Of a DNA stretch of 64,000 nucleotides, positions 1 to 11,956 are shown in pieces. This stretch comes from Chiloscyllium plagiosum (lineage: Eukaryota), in NCBI RefSeq assembly GCF_004010195.1, contig NC_057718.1, positions 42,794,523 to 42,858,522 of the forward strand, in the 5' to 3' direction. The notes beneath the pieces are model-generated. The model was not told the origin of the DNA. It was given only the letters and a program-made list of their open reading frames with translations, and ran no database searches. The position numbers and the translations under genes were made by a program. Positions within the stretch are counted from its first letter, which is position 1, and each line of letters opens with the position of its first letter.

Positions 1-264
1 GACCTCTCCGCCCCCACCCCAGTCTGACCTATCACCCTCACCTTGACCTCTTTCCACCTATCACAGTTCCGACGCCCCTCCCCCAAGTCCCTCCTCCCTA
101 CCTTTTATCTTAGCCTGCTGGACCAACTTTCCTCATTCCTGAAGAAGGGCTTATGCCCGAAACGTCGATTCTCCTGTTCCCTGGATGCTGCCTGACCTGC
201 TGCGCTTTTCCAGCAACACATTTTCAGCTCTGATCTCCAGCATCTGCAGACCTTACTTTCTCCT
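1..264 (+). mobile_element. Penelope-associated terminal repeat unit (family A) with hammerhead motif, cut by the window start
   Basis: C/T-rich tract, then CTGAAGAAGGGCTTATGCCCGAAACGTCG, then GATGCTGCCTGACCTGCTG...CCAGCATCTGCAG...CTTTCTCC. The same unit recurs at 24428-25172, 27450-27610, 33095-33293 and 53821-54037. Confidence 0.8.
135..170 (+). ncRNA. Minimal type-I hammerhead ribozyme, intact core
   Basis: CUGAAGA (139-145), extra A, stem II GGGC-UUAU-GCCC (147-158), GAAA (159-162), CG, UC (165-166). The ACGU palindrome replaces helix III. Stem I is weak (ATTC/GATT with a U-U mismatch). Confidence 0.75.
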
Positions 265-2095
265 GTAAATCCAAGATAGCAAGTTGCTTTCCTGGTGCCA
301 GGGTTAAGGACATCTTAAAACGGTCAAAACGCATTGTTAAAGGGGAATGTGTGAAACTGGAATTTGTTGTACACATTGCTTGGAACGATATAGTTAGGGA
401 AAGGGTTAAGGCTTTACAGAGCGAATGTAAGAGGTTAGGGAGAAGATTAAAAAGCAGGACCTCAAAAGGCAGTAATTTCTGGTTTACTCCTGGTGTCACG
501 TTCTAATGAGAGTAGCAATAAAAAGAGCAGATAAATCAATGGCGAAAGAGATGGTGCAACGTGCAAGAATTCAGAGTTCTGGATCACTGGGAACTCTTTT
601 GGGACAGAAAAGACCTGTTCGAAAGGAATAGGTTTCACCTGAACTGGAAGGGGACCATTATCCTGGCAGGGAGATTTGCTAGTTTTATTCCGGGAACCTA
701 AAAACTATTAGAGTGGTGGTGGGAAGGATCCTAAGCAGCAGTGAAAATAGGAAGGCAGCTGAGGATGGTTCTGAATCAGAAAACAGCAACTTAATTAGAA
801 ATGGCAAATAAGAACAAGTCAGAAAAACTCTGTAGAATTAAACTGTATTTATTTCAATATTATGGGGTCTTATAGGTAAGGCTAATGAACTCAGAGCATG
901 TATGGGAATATGGGACTGGGACATCATGACTATTAGAGATATTTGGCTAAGGGAAAGACAGGACGGTCTGCTTCATGTTCCAGATTTTAAATGCTAAATG
1001 AAGGGTAGAAATGGAGGCAAGAGAGAAAGGGGAGTGGTGTTTTGATAAAGGACAACATTGCTACTATAATCAGAGAGGATGTTTCTGAGGATTGTCCAGT
1101 GAAACTATATGGGTAGAAATGCGAAAAAAGCAGTACTGTCGGCTCCTCAATAGTCAGAGGGAAATTGAGGAGCAAATATGTAGAGAGATCTCAGATTCAT
1201 GTAAGAATAATAGGGTTGTAAATTATGGAATTTTAATTTTTCAAACATTACCTGGGACTCAAATAATGTTAATGGCTTGGATAGTGAGGAATTTGTTAAA
1301 TGTGTACTGGAGAAGTTTCTTTATCAATATGCAAATATACTGACTAGGGAGGGAACAAAATGTAACCTTCTGTTAGTAAATAAGGCAGGGCAAGTGACTG
1401 AAGTGTCAGTAGGGGAACACTTTGGGACGGGTGATCATAATTCTATAAGTTATTGAAAAGAATTAGCTTCCATAAAAGTTAAAATTCTTAATTGGAATAA
1501 GGCAAACTTGAATGGAATGAGACAAGAACTTCCAAAAGTTTATCGGAATAGACTATTTGCAAGTAAAGGGATGACTGAAAATGGGAAGCTTTCAAAGTGA
1601 GATAATGAGAATTCAGAGGCATTACATTACTGTTAGAGTGAATGTAAGACTGGAAAGTATAGGGAACAATGGATGAATAAAAATGTTGAGACTCTAGTCA
1701 AGAATAAAAAAGAATCATTTTTTGATATAAACAACTAGGATGAAGTGAATCTCGAGGAGTAAAAAGAATGTAAGGGCATTGTTAAGAGGGAAATCAGGTG
1801 GGCAAAAAGGGATTATAAGATAACCTGGGCAGAAAAGGTTAAGGGTAATCCAAAAAGATTCTCCAAGCACATTAGAAGCAGGAGAACAACTACAGAAAGA
1901 ATAGGTCCCTTAAAGATCAATAACATTGAATGCGTTGAACATCAGGAGACAAGAGAGATACTAAATGAATAGTTTGCATCAGTTTTTATACTGGAGAAAG
2001 AAATCGAGGCAGGAGAACTCAGGGAAATAAATATTGATGTTTTGAAAACAGTTCACATTACGAAAGAGCAAGTGCTAGAGGTCTTTGAAAACATA

Positions 2096-2308
2096 GTTAA
2101 AAATCACACAACACCAGGTTATAGTCCAACAGGTTTAATTGGAAGCACTAGCTTTTGGAGCGACGCTCCTTCATCAGGTGGTTGTGTGATCAGATGAAGG
2201 AGCGTCGCTCCAAAAGCTAGTGCTTCCAATTAAACCTGTTGGACTATAACCTGGTGTTGTGTGATTTTTAACTTTGTACACCCCAGTCCAACACCGGCAT
2301 CTCCAAAT
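2096..2308. mobile_element. Non-coding fold-back Penelope-derived mini-element (family B)
   Basis: Perfect ~81-bp inverted arms 2095-2175 and 2193-2273 plus a one-sided tail ending CATCTCCAAAT. 12-bp TSD TTTGAAAACATA at 2084-2095 and 2309-2320. Confidence 0.88.
2143..2183 (-). ncRNA. Hammerhead motif (family B) with G12 changed to A
   Basis: Minus strand reads CAC-CUGAUGA-A-GGAGC-GUC-GCUCC-AAAA-GC-UA-GUG: stem I CAC/GUG, AGCU palindrome, GAAA changed to AAAA. A mirror copy lies on + at 2191-2220 with CAGATGA. Confidence 0.6.
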
Positions 2309-2949
2309 TTTGAAAACATAAATATGGATAAATCTCTGGGACTTCATTAAGTGTATCTCAGGATATTGTGGAAAGTTAGGGAAGAAATTACAGGGCTCCT
2401 AGCAGAAATATTTGTATAAGCTATAACCATGGGTGAGGTGCCGGAGGATAGGATAAGTTCTTGGAAGTGATTCTGAAAGATTTGGAGAGGCAAAAACTGA
2501 TGAAGGATAGTCAGTATGGTTTTGTGCAAGAGTAATCCTGTCTCACAAACTTGATTGAGTTTTTGAGAAAGTAACCAAAATGATTGTTGAGACCAGAGCG
2601 GGAGACATTATTTACTTGGATTTTAGTAAAGCCTTTGACAAGGTTCTGCAAACTCAATCAAGTTTGTGAGACAGGATTACTCTTGCACAAAACCATACTG
2701 ACTATCCTTCATCAGTTTTTGCCTCTCCAAATCTTTCAGAATCACTTCCAAGAACTTATCCTATCCTCCGGCACCTCACCCATGGTTATAGCTTATACAA
2801 ATATTTCTGCTAGGAGCCCTGTAATTTCTTCCCTAACTTTCCACAATATCCTGAGATACACTTAATGAAGTCCCAGAGATTTATCCATATTTATGTTTTC
2901 AAAATTTGGAGATGCCGGTGTTGGACTGGGTGTACAAAGGTAAAAATCA
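2262..2949. repeat. 300-bp near-perfect inverted repeat (2262-2562 and 2650-2949)
   Basis: Reverse-complement match with only one substitution and one 1-bp indel seen; 87-bp spacer. The duplicated ORF-track peptides (2347-2529 minus and 2584-2865 plus) reflect it. Confidence 0.95.
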
Positions 2950-3095
2950 GTAAAGTTAGATCACATGGGATTCAGGATGAGCTTCCCAATTGGATGTAAA
3001 ATTGGCTTAATGGTAGGAGGTAGAGGGCAGTAGTGGAGGGTGATTTTTCAGACCTGTGACCAGTGGTGTTCCACAGGGATTGGTACAGAGTCCTT

Positions 3096-3450
3096 CACTC
3101 CCAAGAATTTGTCCAGTACTTTATCCCTCATGATCAAGACTTCTCATGATTATCTGATACCTTGGAATACTTACAATGTTCTCTAGCATGAAGAGTAATG
3201 GAAAAAATTGGCTGAACTTATCTGCCATTTCCCAGTTCTCCGTTATTAATTCCCCAATTGAATCTTCCAAGGATTCCACGCCTAGTTTAGCTACTCTCTT
3301 TTGCTTTATAAACACATGGAAACACTTGCTGTTTATTTCTATATCTTTTACTAACTTACTTCCATAATCCATTTTCTGCCCCGAACATCATTCATCTGCC
3401 TCTTTAGTCATTCACTTCTTGTTCCTAAAAAAAACATTAAATCTTTGCTG
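3096..3450 (-). mobile_element. CR1 LINE ORF2 fragment
   Basis: ORF 3121-3372 (DYGSKLVKDIEINSKCF...GELITENWEMADKFSQFF) matches the CR1 endonuclease-RT linker. Confidence 0.75.
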
Positions 3451-3599
3451 CTTTGCATACCTTCATTTTTAACCTGGATACTCTGACCATCTTTGTTACT
3501 CACCAGTAGTTTAAGTCCTTCCTTTTGTCCTATCAATAAAAAGACAACAAATCTATTTTGACCAATTACCATTCGCCTATCTGGATCATAAACAAAATG

Positions 3600-5270
3600 A
3601 TGAAAGGTGATGTAATAGCAAGCAGCACTCACGCAACAATACCCTGTTCACTGATGCTCAGCCTGAGGTCCACCAGAGTCACCTGAAACCATTGCTTTGG
3701 CCTAAATAAGGACAAAAGAGCTGAACCCCAGAGGTGAAAACAGAAACCGCTTCTCTGACATCAAGCCAGCTTTTGACTGAACATGGCATTATTGAATGAA
3801 TGAATGATCTTGTTGTCACTTGTATTTTATAGTGAGAAATACAACAAAATACAGTGAAAAGCTTTCATTTCATCACCACAATACAGTGCCATTTTGTTAG
3901 ATTAAGAATAAGAGAAAAATGAAATGATACAAGTAAAAAGAAGTCCATCTATGTTCAAGTTCCAGCTCAGCACAACCAAAGCCTCACCACACCCAACTAT
4001 TGTTGAAGTCCCTGGTCCTCGGACACCATCTTTCATCCCTGGGCCGATTCACCTCCACCACAGCCTGCTCAAACCTACCAACAACAGTGTCTCTCACCAC
4101 AGCTCACTGCAGCGATAATGCCATGATGCCCTTTTGCCTCTGCCAGCACCAGATCCAACCAACAACGAAGTCACCGATCCTCAGGCACCATCTTTCACTG
4201 CTGGAATTGCCTCACTGACATTGCCGCTGGGCTTACTCTCCCCCTGCCCCCTCCCCGCACTGGACACGCTCCAAATGAAACTGGAGTCAATGATAATCAG
4301 AACAAACTTCTATTCTGGTTGGAATTATACCTAGCACAAGGGAAGATGGTTGCAGTCTGTGAAGGGCAATCATCTCAGTTCCACAACATCGCTACAAGAG
4401 TTCTTCATTGCCTTACCCTAGGGCCAATTCAGCCATTGCATCTGTGACCTTCCTCCTATCAGAAAGTCAGAAGTGGGGATGTTCAGGGACGTCTGCGCAA
4501 TGTTTAGTACCATTCACAACTTCTCACATATTGAAGTAGTCCCTGGTAATATAAAGCAAGGTCTGGAAGCCTTTCAGGGTTACAAATGGCAATCACCATT
4601 CATGCCACTCATATGCCAAGCAATAATTGGAGTTTATCTCCCCATGACATTTAATAGTATTAATATTCAAAATCCTGAGTGTTACCATTAACCAGAAACT
4701 GAAACAGAATGGCCATAAATATATACTTGGCTACAGAGGCATGTCAGAGACTGGAAATTCGGAAGTAAATAATACACCTTGTGATGCTCCAATGCCTGTC
4801 TATCATCTACAAGGTACAAGTCACAAGTGTGATGGACTATTCTCTACTTGCATGGATGAGTGCACCTCCAACTGCACTCCAGAGGATTAATATCATTCAG
4901 GAAAAAAAACCTGCCTACTTGATGGGCATCTCTTTCAACACCTTAATGATTCACTTGCTCCACCATTGATGTACATTGGTATTTATTATCTACAAAGTAC
5001 ACTTCAGCAGCTGACCAAGGATCCTCCAACAGCACCTTCCAAATCCAGACCCTTGAGCAACCAGAAGGACAAGGGCAACAGATGCATGGGAATAGGGACC
5101 GTCCTGGCTTGGAAACTACATTGCCATTCCTTCAATATCACAGCATCAACATTCTAGAGCTCCCATTTTGGCAGCACTGTGATTGTACCTGCACAGAATT
5201 AGCTGCAGTGGTTCAAGATGACTCACTATTAGCTTCTCAAGGAAAACTGGAGATGGGTAACAAGTGAAAG
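3600..5270 (+). mobile_element. Decayed non-LTR LINE (RT and 3' end), interrupted at about 3795-4275
   Basis: RT-like GGGATGTTC...; IYKVQVTSVMDYSLLAWMSAP; 3' end CAGCACCTTCCAAA...AGAAGGACAAGGGCA...GGTTCAAGA, which recurs at 23800-24110, 31670-32635 and 42830-43150. Confidence 0.78.
3795..4275 (-). mobile_element. Retroelement fragment with (GAAT)n tail nested in the LINE
   Basis: GAATGAATGAATGA followed by AATACAGTGAAAAG; a similar start (GAATAGAACAGAATAGAA...AATACAGTGAAAAG) is at about 38520. Confidence 0.45.
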
Positions 5271-5790
5271 TCACCATAGTCCTTCCTCCAAAGCAGAGTG
5301 CCGTGGGATTTCTGTCCACTTGTCCCAACTGAATTCCTGTGATCAGGATCACTGAAGCTGTTTTTGCCAATCAGCTGGGAGAATTTCCACCTCCCTGGAC
5401 AGAGCACCTTTGTGGGAGATATAAATTACTCTAACAGACTTCACCTACCATAGTATAACAACACCAAGGGCTGCAGTATGCTTTTATATCATGTTGCAAA
5501 TTTCAAGTTTATGTGGCGCACTGAGCAAACAGCTAATGATTATTTACATCTCCTTAGGGTGTTGAAATAAAATTGTCCGTGCCAAGTCAGAACTACAATG
5601 GGCCTAGAGCATTGAACACTCCTATCGTCCAGTGTTCCAATGTCATGAATGAAGTTTCCCTATCATTTACAACTGGTATTAATATATTCACTTATTTTTG
5701 AGTGGAAGTATGGAAATGCCACTATTATGTTTACTTGAATATACAGCATGTGGCTGACAAAACAATCACCTTACTTTCTGAGCCACCGTG

Positions 5791-5836
5791 GGGCAACATC
5801 GTGACTCAGTGATTAGTACTGCTGCCTCACAGCGCC
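5791..5836 (+). mobile_element. HE1-type SINE 5' head fragment
   Basis: GGGCAACATCGTGACTCAGTGATTAGTACTGCTGCCTCACAGCGCC matches the heads of the longer SINEs at 49700 and 55224. Confidence 0.65.
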
Positions 5837-6200
5837 CTTTAGCAGCTGAGCAGGAAAACCCTGAATGATGAGTGACTAGATCCCTGTCTAATGTACTTAC
5901 AGCTCCCTGATGATGCTCAAGTGACAGACATAGCGCTAGACTCACAAGACCGGCGTGGCCCATTCTGGATTGTAGAAGGTGGGACCCTCTGGCCCTGACT
6001 GTTCTGAGCCGCAGCCTAGCTTCTCTGGTTTGGTATAAGATAGCCCTTGACTTGCTGCGCCTTGACCCTCTGACTTGAGTGAGGACCACTCTTCTTCAAC
6101 TTTGAGACATGTCTGTTTGTTTGAAATACATGCAATGTCTTTGGCATGGAAATGATTGCCATGTGATTCACATTTAACATATGTTGCTGTTTGGCACCAG

Positions 6201-6406
6201 GCCACGACATTGTTGAGCAATCCTCTGGACAGTTGAGACCATTTTGACCCAGTAAGCAACATTAGACCAAATAGGAAGGGTCTGGTATCTTGGCCTCCTC
6301 TACCACTTCTGGAGGAAGAGGACATCTTTCCTCTGCACCACCTCATTCACCAGGACCTCCAGGTATTTGTCTGCAAAGTAGGGCATCAATTTCCCTTACC
6401 TGCCAT
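6201..6406 (-). pseudogene. PIF/Harbinger Myb/SANT-like DNA-binding gene remnant
   Basis: Manual translation across a frameshift and a stop: MAGKG / KLMPYFADKYLEVLVNEVVQRKDVLFLQKW*RRPRYQTLPIWSNVAYWVKMVSTVQRIAQQCR. Fits the F...L..LV..V......LF...W..VA..V...R...QCR pattern of the family. Confidence 0.7.
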
Positions 6407-9400
6407 GATGAGAGCAAATATCTCCTCCTGTACAGGAAAGTTTGGTGCTTGTTCTGTTATATAATGGCTACTTAAATATGGAGCCGGTGCCAAAGTTTCC
6501 AGAATACCCTGGTAAATACTGTGGCAACTACGCCCACACAGGTAAGTGAGAGAATGGGCTAACCTTGAATGACCAGGACTCATAGGGGCATGGTAGATAA
6601 TTATTGAGGCGATTTTAGAATGATCATACAAGCAAACACATTAGGGTTTGCAGAGAAAATTCCTCTGTAAATCTCAACAAAAATGATAATTGGCCAATTG
6701 CTGGTAAGATTCCATTCAGGATAATTGGTTCCAATGATCCATGTGCATTTTAATGATCATTCATCTTCAATTCCCACTATATCTTCCTCTTTTTCAATCT
6801 CTTCCCTCAACATAGAATTGTTGAATGACATCCAACACAATTAAGCAAATTTGTAGTACTCTTACATTAAGCAAAGAAGCATGCTTGCACAAGACTTCCA
6901 AGCTGTTTCTAAGGTCCATTAAAGTAAGCTATGAGCTCACCTCTGCCTAATATTCCAGGAATCAGCATGCTAATTGGCCAACTTCCCTGCCTGGGACAAA
7001 GTCCTACTTCTGTAAGCTGTTGACCCATTAGATGGTTGCTGTTCTCCAGATCCAGCAACACCAATAAGAATGGAAGAGACTGTTAGAAATGCTGCCAGTA
7101 CCCCATGAGGTTCATTACTGGAGGCCAAGTTAAGTGAGGCAATTTCACTGATGCCATGCAGGCAGATGAGGAGTAGGGTTCTTTCATCAGTATAACCAAG
7201 CTGGGGGAAACAAACACATTGAGATTGATCTGGACATTAGGAAGGTCTCCATTGGTCCTAAACAGGAGGAACCAATCCAAAGTTCACTGTCAGGTTACCA
7301 GGATTTACCTGCTCATTGTATGGTATGTGCATCTATAGTGCTGTAAAACCCCACATCAGCAATGGTGGGACAAAGCTCTTAAGCAGCCATTATTCAGGCA
7401 TAATTGGCCAACGGGTGCATCATCTGACATTGACTCTACCACTGGTAAAATACAGATAGGCAAGATGATTCTACACTTCTCCATAGGATTCATTGTTCAG
7501 GTCTGCCTAGACTGCTGTTAATTGGAAATCATTGAACTGATGACAACATTCACTTTTCAGCTCTTGGCATTTTTAATAAAATACTTGACAAGTTACATTG
7601 CTGAATCAGGTGTAACAGTGCTTTAACAGCCTAATAATTGCTGAATTGCGACTGAACTGCCTCATTGATACTGAACAAAAATACTTTTTGTTTGTGGAAC
7701 ATAAAACGTTTTTGGGAAATGCATATATTTTAAAAATAACATTTCTTTAAAAAGATGTTTTGATATACTAGTACCTACCATAATCCGATGGCTATAGTTC
7801 AATCATTTATTTTATTCTCTGTAACATTTCCATTAAAAGTGAACATTCAGTGCATTTTACATCTTGGGTTGCTGTCAATGGATGTACTTTCAGGCAATTG
7901 GCTGTTTACTCTGTTTAAATAATAGCACTGTCATAGTATGCTTGGTGATCGTTTTGACTTAGTTCCGGACTCAAATGAATATAAGAAAGGGAAAATTCAT
8001 GTCAAAGAAATCATTCAATCATTATGGACAGCTTTCTTCAAGATAGGTCATGAGTATCATCACTTCATCACTGATAACGGCATCCAGGCCAATGAAACAT
8101 TCAAGGCTATCCTCATATAATATTACCGCACTGAACCACCTCTGCATGTGAGCAACTGCGAGAATCAAAACAGAACTAGTAAATTCAAATATAGTTGTTC
8201 TTAACTGATGCTATTCCTCCTGTGTAAACAAAGCTTTTAAATCACACAGGGAGAGTTTACCAGTGGCATAGCCCAATGCATTTGTTGAGATTGAGTGAAG
8301 CATGACCCCTATTAAAATGTATTCGTTTGCAGTTATTGGCTATTCAGAACCTTGCCTCTGGACATCCGTTCTACATTTTGAAATGGGAGTTTAAATTTTT
8401 AAATAGAACAGAAATGCTAAACTTTATTGCTCAGCCATTTCAAGGTAATATATTGGGCTTTTTCTTTTGTTTAGCACTTCAAAGCTCAATTAAACAGTGT
8501 ATTACAAAGGAAAGTTTTAAGTATAAAATAAGTTTTTAACACTATGACTGAAGCACTTAAGTATTTTCAAAAGCCCATTCATACTAATTGCCATTTTGTT
8601 GCCCTTAACATCAGTGTGACCTGATGAAGTTGCAAATATCCATTTGTCCACTCAGCTAAGTTCTTTAAATGTGTAGTTTTGTAGTTTCTTATTAGAATGT
8701 ATAATGTGCTTATGTAGCTTTGCTTTATACTGTAGCTATCCCAAATAGATATGATGTTTAAAATCAAAATTGCAAAAAACTAATATGTAAAATAATATGC
8801 AGGATGCCAACAAATTTGAAGACTTAATATATTCTAACTTAATATTTTCTACAAAGATTGGACCAAGGTAAACAGTATCTTTTATAACTGTCATGCAATT
8901 TACATGTCCTTTTTTTTCTAATTTAGATAAATAGAAGATGTCTATTTGCTGTTCCCTTATGTGCTGTTGCAATGTCATAGGTCACATTGGGTCAAGGAAA
9001 TGTGAATTGGTCTATTAACCCAGTGGCCTCTGTTTTGACTTATTCCTAGTAATTTTCAGCTAACAAGTACAACCATTAATATAGCATTTCTTGATAATGA
9101 TACTGTAATTACTCTTATTAGGAAGGAGACATATTGCCAAAATAAACAGTAATAATAAATAGTTTGAAATACATTAGGGGCAGGGCATAAATAAAAGCAG
9201 AACTGTGAAATTAAATCAGTCAGGGATCAAGTGAAGACATAGCACATCCCAAGGGGACAGAAGAGCTGCAAAATCAAATGGCAATTCAACACAGAATGTT
9301 TGCTGATCTCCAAGCATCCAGTTAAATGCATTAAGTAAAGTACAAGAAGACCTCTTCCTCTTTCTCAGTCTATATCAATGCTATTTGTACCGTTTACAGA

Positions 9401-9699
9401 GATTATACAAAAGATTGGGAAGTTCCTATTTGAGGAATCAAGCATGCAATCTCTAACTGTACCAGTTTGTGATTGTACAAGTCTGTTATTGTTCAATCTG
9501 TCATTGTATGAGTCCATGAATGTACTATTCTGTGATCATACAAGTTTGTGATTATGACAGTCTGCCATTTTGCCAATCTGTGGCTTTACCAACTGGACCA
9601 TAATTTGGACAACATCTAGGCTTGGGTTGACAAAAGGCAAGTAATATTGGTGGCACACAATTGCCAGGAAATGAACATCTCCAGCAAAAAAATGAACAA

Positions 9700-9975
9700 T
9701 ATAAAGACTGCGATGGGCAGAGATTTCCTCTCTCGGAGAGTTGTGAATCTTTGGAATTCCTTGCTACAAAGAGCTATGGGGGAAGAGTCCTTGTATAAAT
9801 TTAGGCTCAGGTATATAGATTCTTGAGCATAGGGGAAATAATGGGGTATTGAGAGAAGGCAGGAAAGTTTTTGTAAGGAGTGTCAGATTATCTGTGATCC
9901 TATTGAATAATGGAGCAGCTTCAAGAGGATGAATGGCTTACTCCTCTTTCTATTTCTTATGGTATTATGGTATTA
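9700..9975 (+). mobile_element. CR1 LINE 3' end
   Basis: GAGTTGTGAATCTTTGGAATTC...CTACTCCT-like hairpin region and TTCTTATGG tail. Confidence 0.75.
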
Positions 9976-9989
9976 AGTGAGAATCTAAC

Positions 9990-11645
9990 CAGGTTGGAAA
10001 TATGTAACTAGTAGAGTACCACAAGGATCAGTTCTAGGGCCTCAAATATTTTTAATCTAGATTACTGACTTGAAGGAGGGGAGAGAGTGTAATGCATCCA
10101 AACTTAGTGAGAATGCAAATATAGGTGGGAAGGTATATGGCAATGAGAATGCAAAAAAGCTCCTGTTATGGATTAGGCCAGACCATTCAAAATATTCTTG
10201 AGCAGGCAGCCCCAGACCATAACTTTGCAATTTGTTTCGATAAGTGTACAGCGAAAATTACCTGGAGTAAGTTAGCTAGGTGGACCACTCGATTTTAAAA
10301 CAGACAAAAATTTATTCACAAAATTACACAATGAAACACAAAGAACAGAATTAAAAACCCCTACAGAACTCCACCTATCCAACTAGACTTAATTATGCTG
10401 TTCCAAATATACACAACAGTCCCAATAAGCAAACTCTCTTTAAAAGAATGTATAAATGGAACACATGCTTACAGGTTGAAGTTGAAGGGCAGAAAAGAGA
10501 GAAAGAGAGAGAGTTTTCACACAGCTTCATGTCAAATTTCCAACCAGCCTAACACTAAATTAAACAGCTCAGCTCAGCTCAGCTAGAGGGCTGACCACTC
10601 CCCTTTCTTTATACAGGTCACTTCTAAAACATGACCACTTTGGCCTGAAGTCTCATCTGTTTACACATAAACAAAAGGCCTCTCAAAATCCTTTTCATCT
10701 CTGGACCAAACCCAGACTGATCAGAGCCTGGCCTGGTTTATTGCCCCTCTGAAAAAAAATCAAGGACAAAGTCTCCTTGAACCAAGGAACAGCGTTTAAC
10801 AAAAGAAAAGGGACTATCTTTGTGATACTATAAGGGGATAGAGATATAGATAGGTTCAGCAGGTGGAAATAGTCTTGGTTAGTAGAGTTAAATATAAGAA
10901 AATGTGAAACATGCACTTTGGTTAGAAGAAACAAAAAGCATACTATAACTTAAAAAAGAGAAATTCCAAAAAGTGCAATACAGAGGGATCTGAGTGTCCT
11001 TGCACAAGAAACACAAAAGTAATTAAGAAAGTCGTAACAAGGAATTTTGGGCTTAATTGATTGGGAGGTGGAGTTTAAAACTAAGGAAATCTTGTTACAA
11101 GTGTACATTGTGTTAGTGAGGCCACATCTTTATAAAAAAAAGGATACCTGCATTAGAGGCAGTTCAAAAGAGATTCCATCTAGGGGTGAAGAGCTTATCA
11201 AAATTAGCTAAGCTGGCTAGGCCTTTAATCATTAGAGTTTAATGAATGAGGGGTGATTTTATTGAAACTTACAAGATTCTGATGGTTCCTGACAGGGTAC
11301 ATGTTTCTACCAGCAAGGAAATCTCAAACTAGGGGTTAAGATTATTAATTATTATTACAGAATAAGGCACTCATTTAAAACTGAGATGGGAAGGAATTTC
11401 TTCTACCAGAGGATAATGAGTATGTAGAATTCTTTCTCCCAGAGAGTTGTGAACATTAGACAGCTGAAAAAAAATTTAAAAAAGGAGCTAGATAGAATTT
11501 TGAAATATGTGAAAGTTAGGGGCTATGACGAACTGCCACAAAACAGAAGTTGAGAGTTGGGGCAGATCGACCACAATTCTGTTGAATGTCAGGACAGGCA
11601 TGAGACAACTGGTTTCCTACTGCTCCTATTTCTTATGTTCTTCGG
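9990..11645 (+). mobile_element. Decayed CR1 LINE (RT C-half to 3' UTR) split by a solo LTR
   Basis: GTACCACAAGGATCAGTTCTAGGGCC (VPQGSVLG), later CR1 motifs, and tail CCTACTGCTCCTATTTCTTATGTTCTT. Confidence 0.82.
10164..10827 (-). mobile_element. Probable solo LTR
   Basis: ~664-bp insertion in the CR1 starting TGTTA and ending TGTGATA (TG...CA with one change). On minus there is TATAAA at about 10608 and AATAAA at about 10310. No clean TSD. Confidence 0.55.
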
Positions 11646-11917
11646 TTTTTCTGAGGAACATATGGAAACCATCAATTATCCACTATCCTCTTGTCATTCT
11701 TTTTATGTGAACCTAGCTAATGACTGATGTCAGGCTATTGGATGATGAAGGCCATCACAGCTAAGGCCAATTATAAATTTGACCTAATGGCCTCAAGTTA
11801 GGAGTTACTGGATAGCAATTCCTCATTGAAGGTGATAGGCAGAATCTTTCACCCTCGCTTGTGACCTGTTTGAAGATGTCGAATGCACTTAATCACTTTT
11901 GAGCATGATGGGTACAC

Positions 11918-11956
11918 ACCGACACCACTCTTCCAACCGACACCACTCTTCCAACC
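11918..11956. repeat. 18-bp tandem duplication
   Basis: ACCGACACCACTCTTCCA twice, then ACC. Confidence 0.9.

Larger units (their letters stand above)
265..3095 (+). mobile_element. Long decayed CR1 LINE (ORF1 esterase-like part, ORF2 endonuclease and N-terminal RT)
   Basis: Broken frames giving CFPGARVKDI and VVHIAWNDI (SGNH-like ORF1), endonuclease-region sequence, and RT-region sequence GATTTTAGTAAAGCCTTTGACAAGG (DFSKAFDK) and AGTGGTGTTCCACAGGGA (SGVPQG). Many stops; interrupted at 2096-2308 and 2650-2949. Confidence 0.88.

Noticed and set aside
2096..2308. DNA-transposon MITE or miRNA precursor
   Set aside because: The one-sided tail, variable 9-14 bp TSDs across copies and embedded hammerhead motifs fit Penelope-type retrotransposition better.
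2486..2520. CTGATGA at about 2497 (and its inverted copy) as a ribozyme
   Set aside because: It lies in CR1 coding sequence with no stem II or GAAA-UH following.
9458..9590. Degenerate ~15-bp tandem repeat (TGTACAAGTCTGTGAT-like)
   Set aside because: Too decayed to define a unit or suggest a function.
11918..11956. CRISPR-like repeat
   Set aside because: Only two abutting 18-bp units with no spacers, in eukaryotic DNA.
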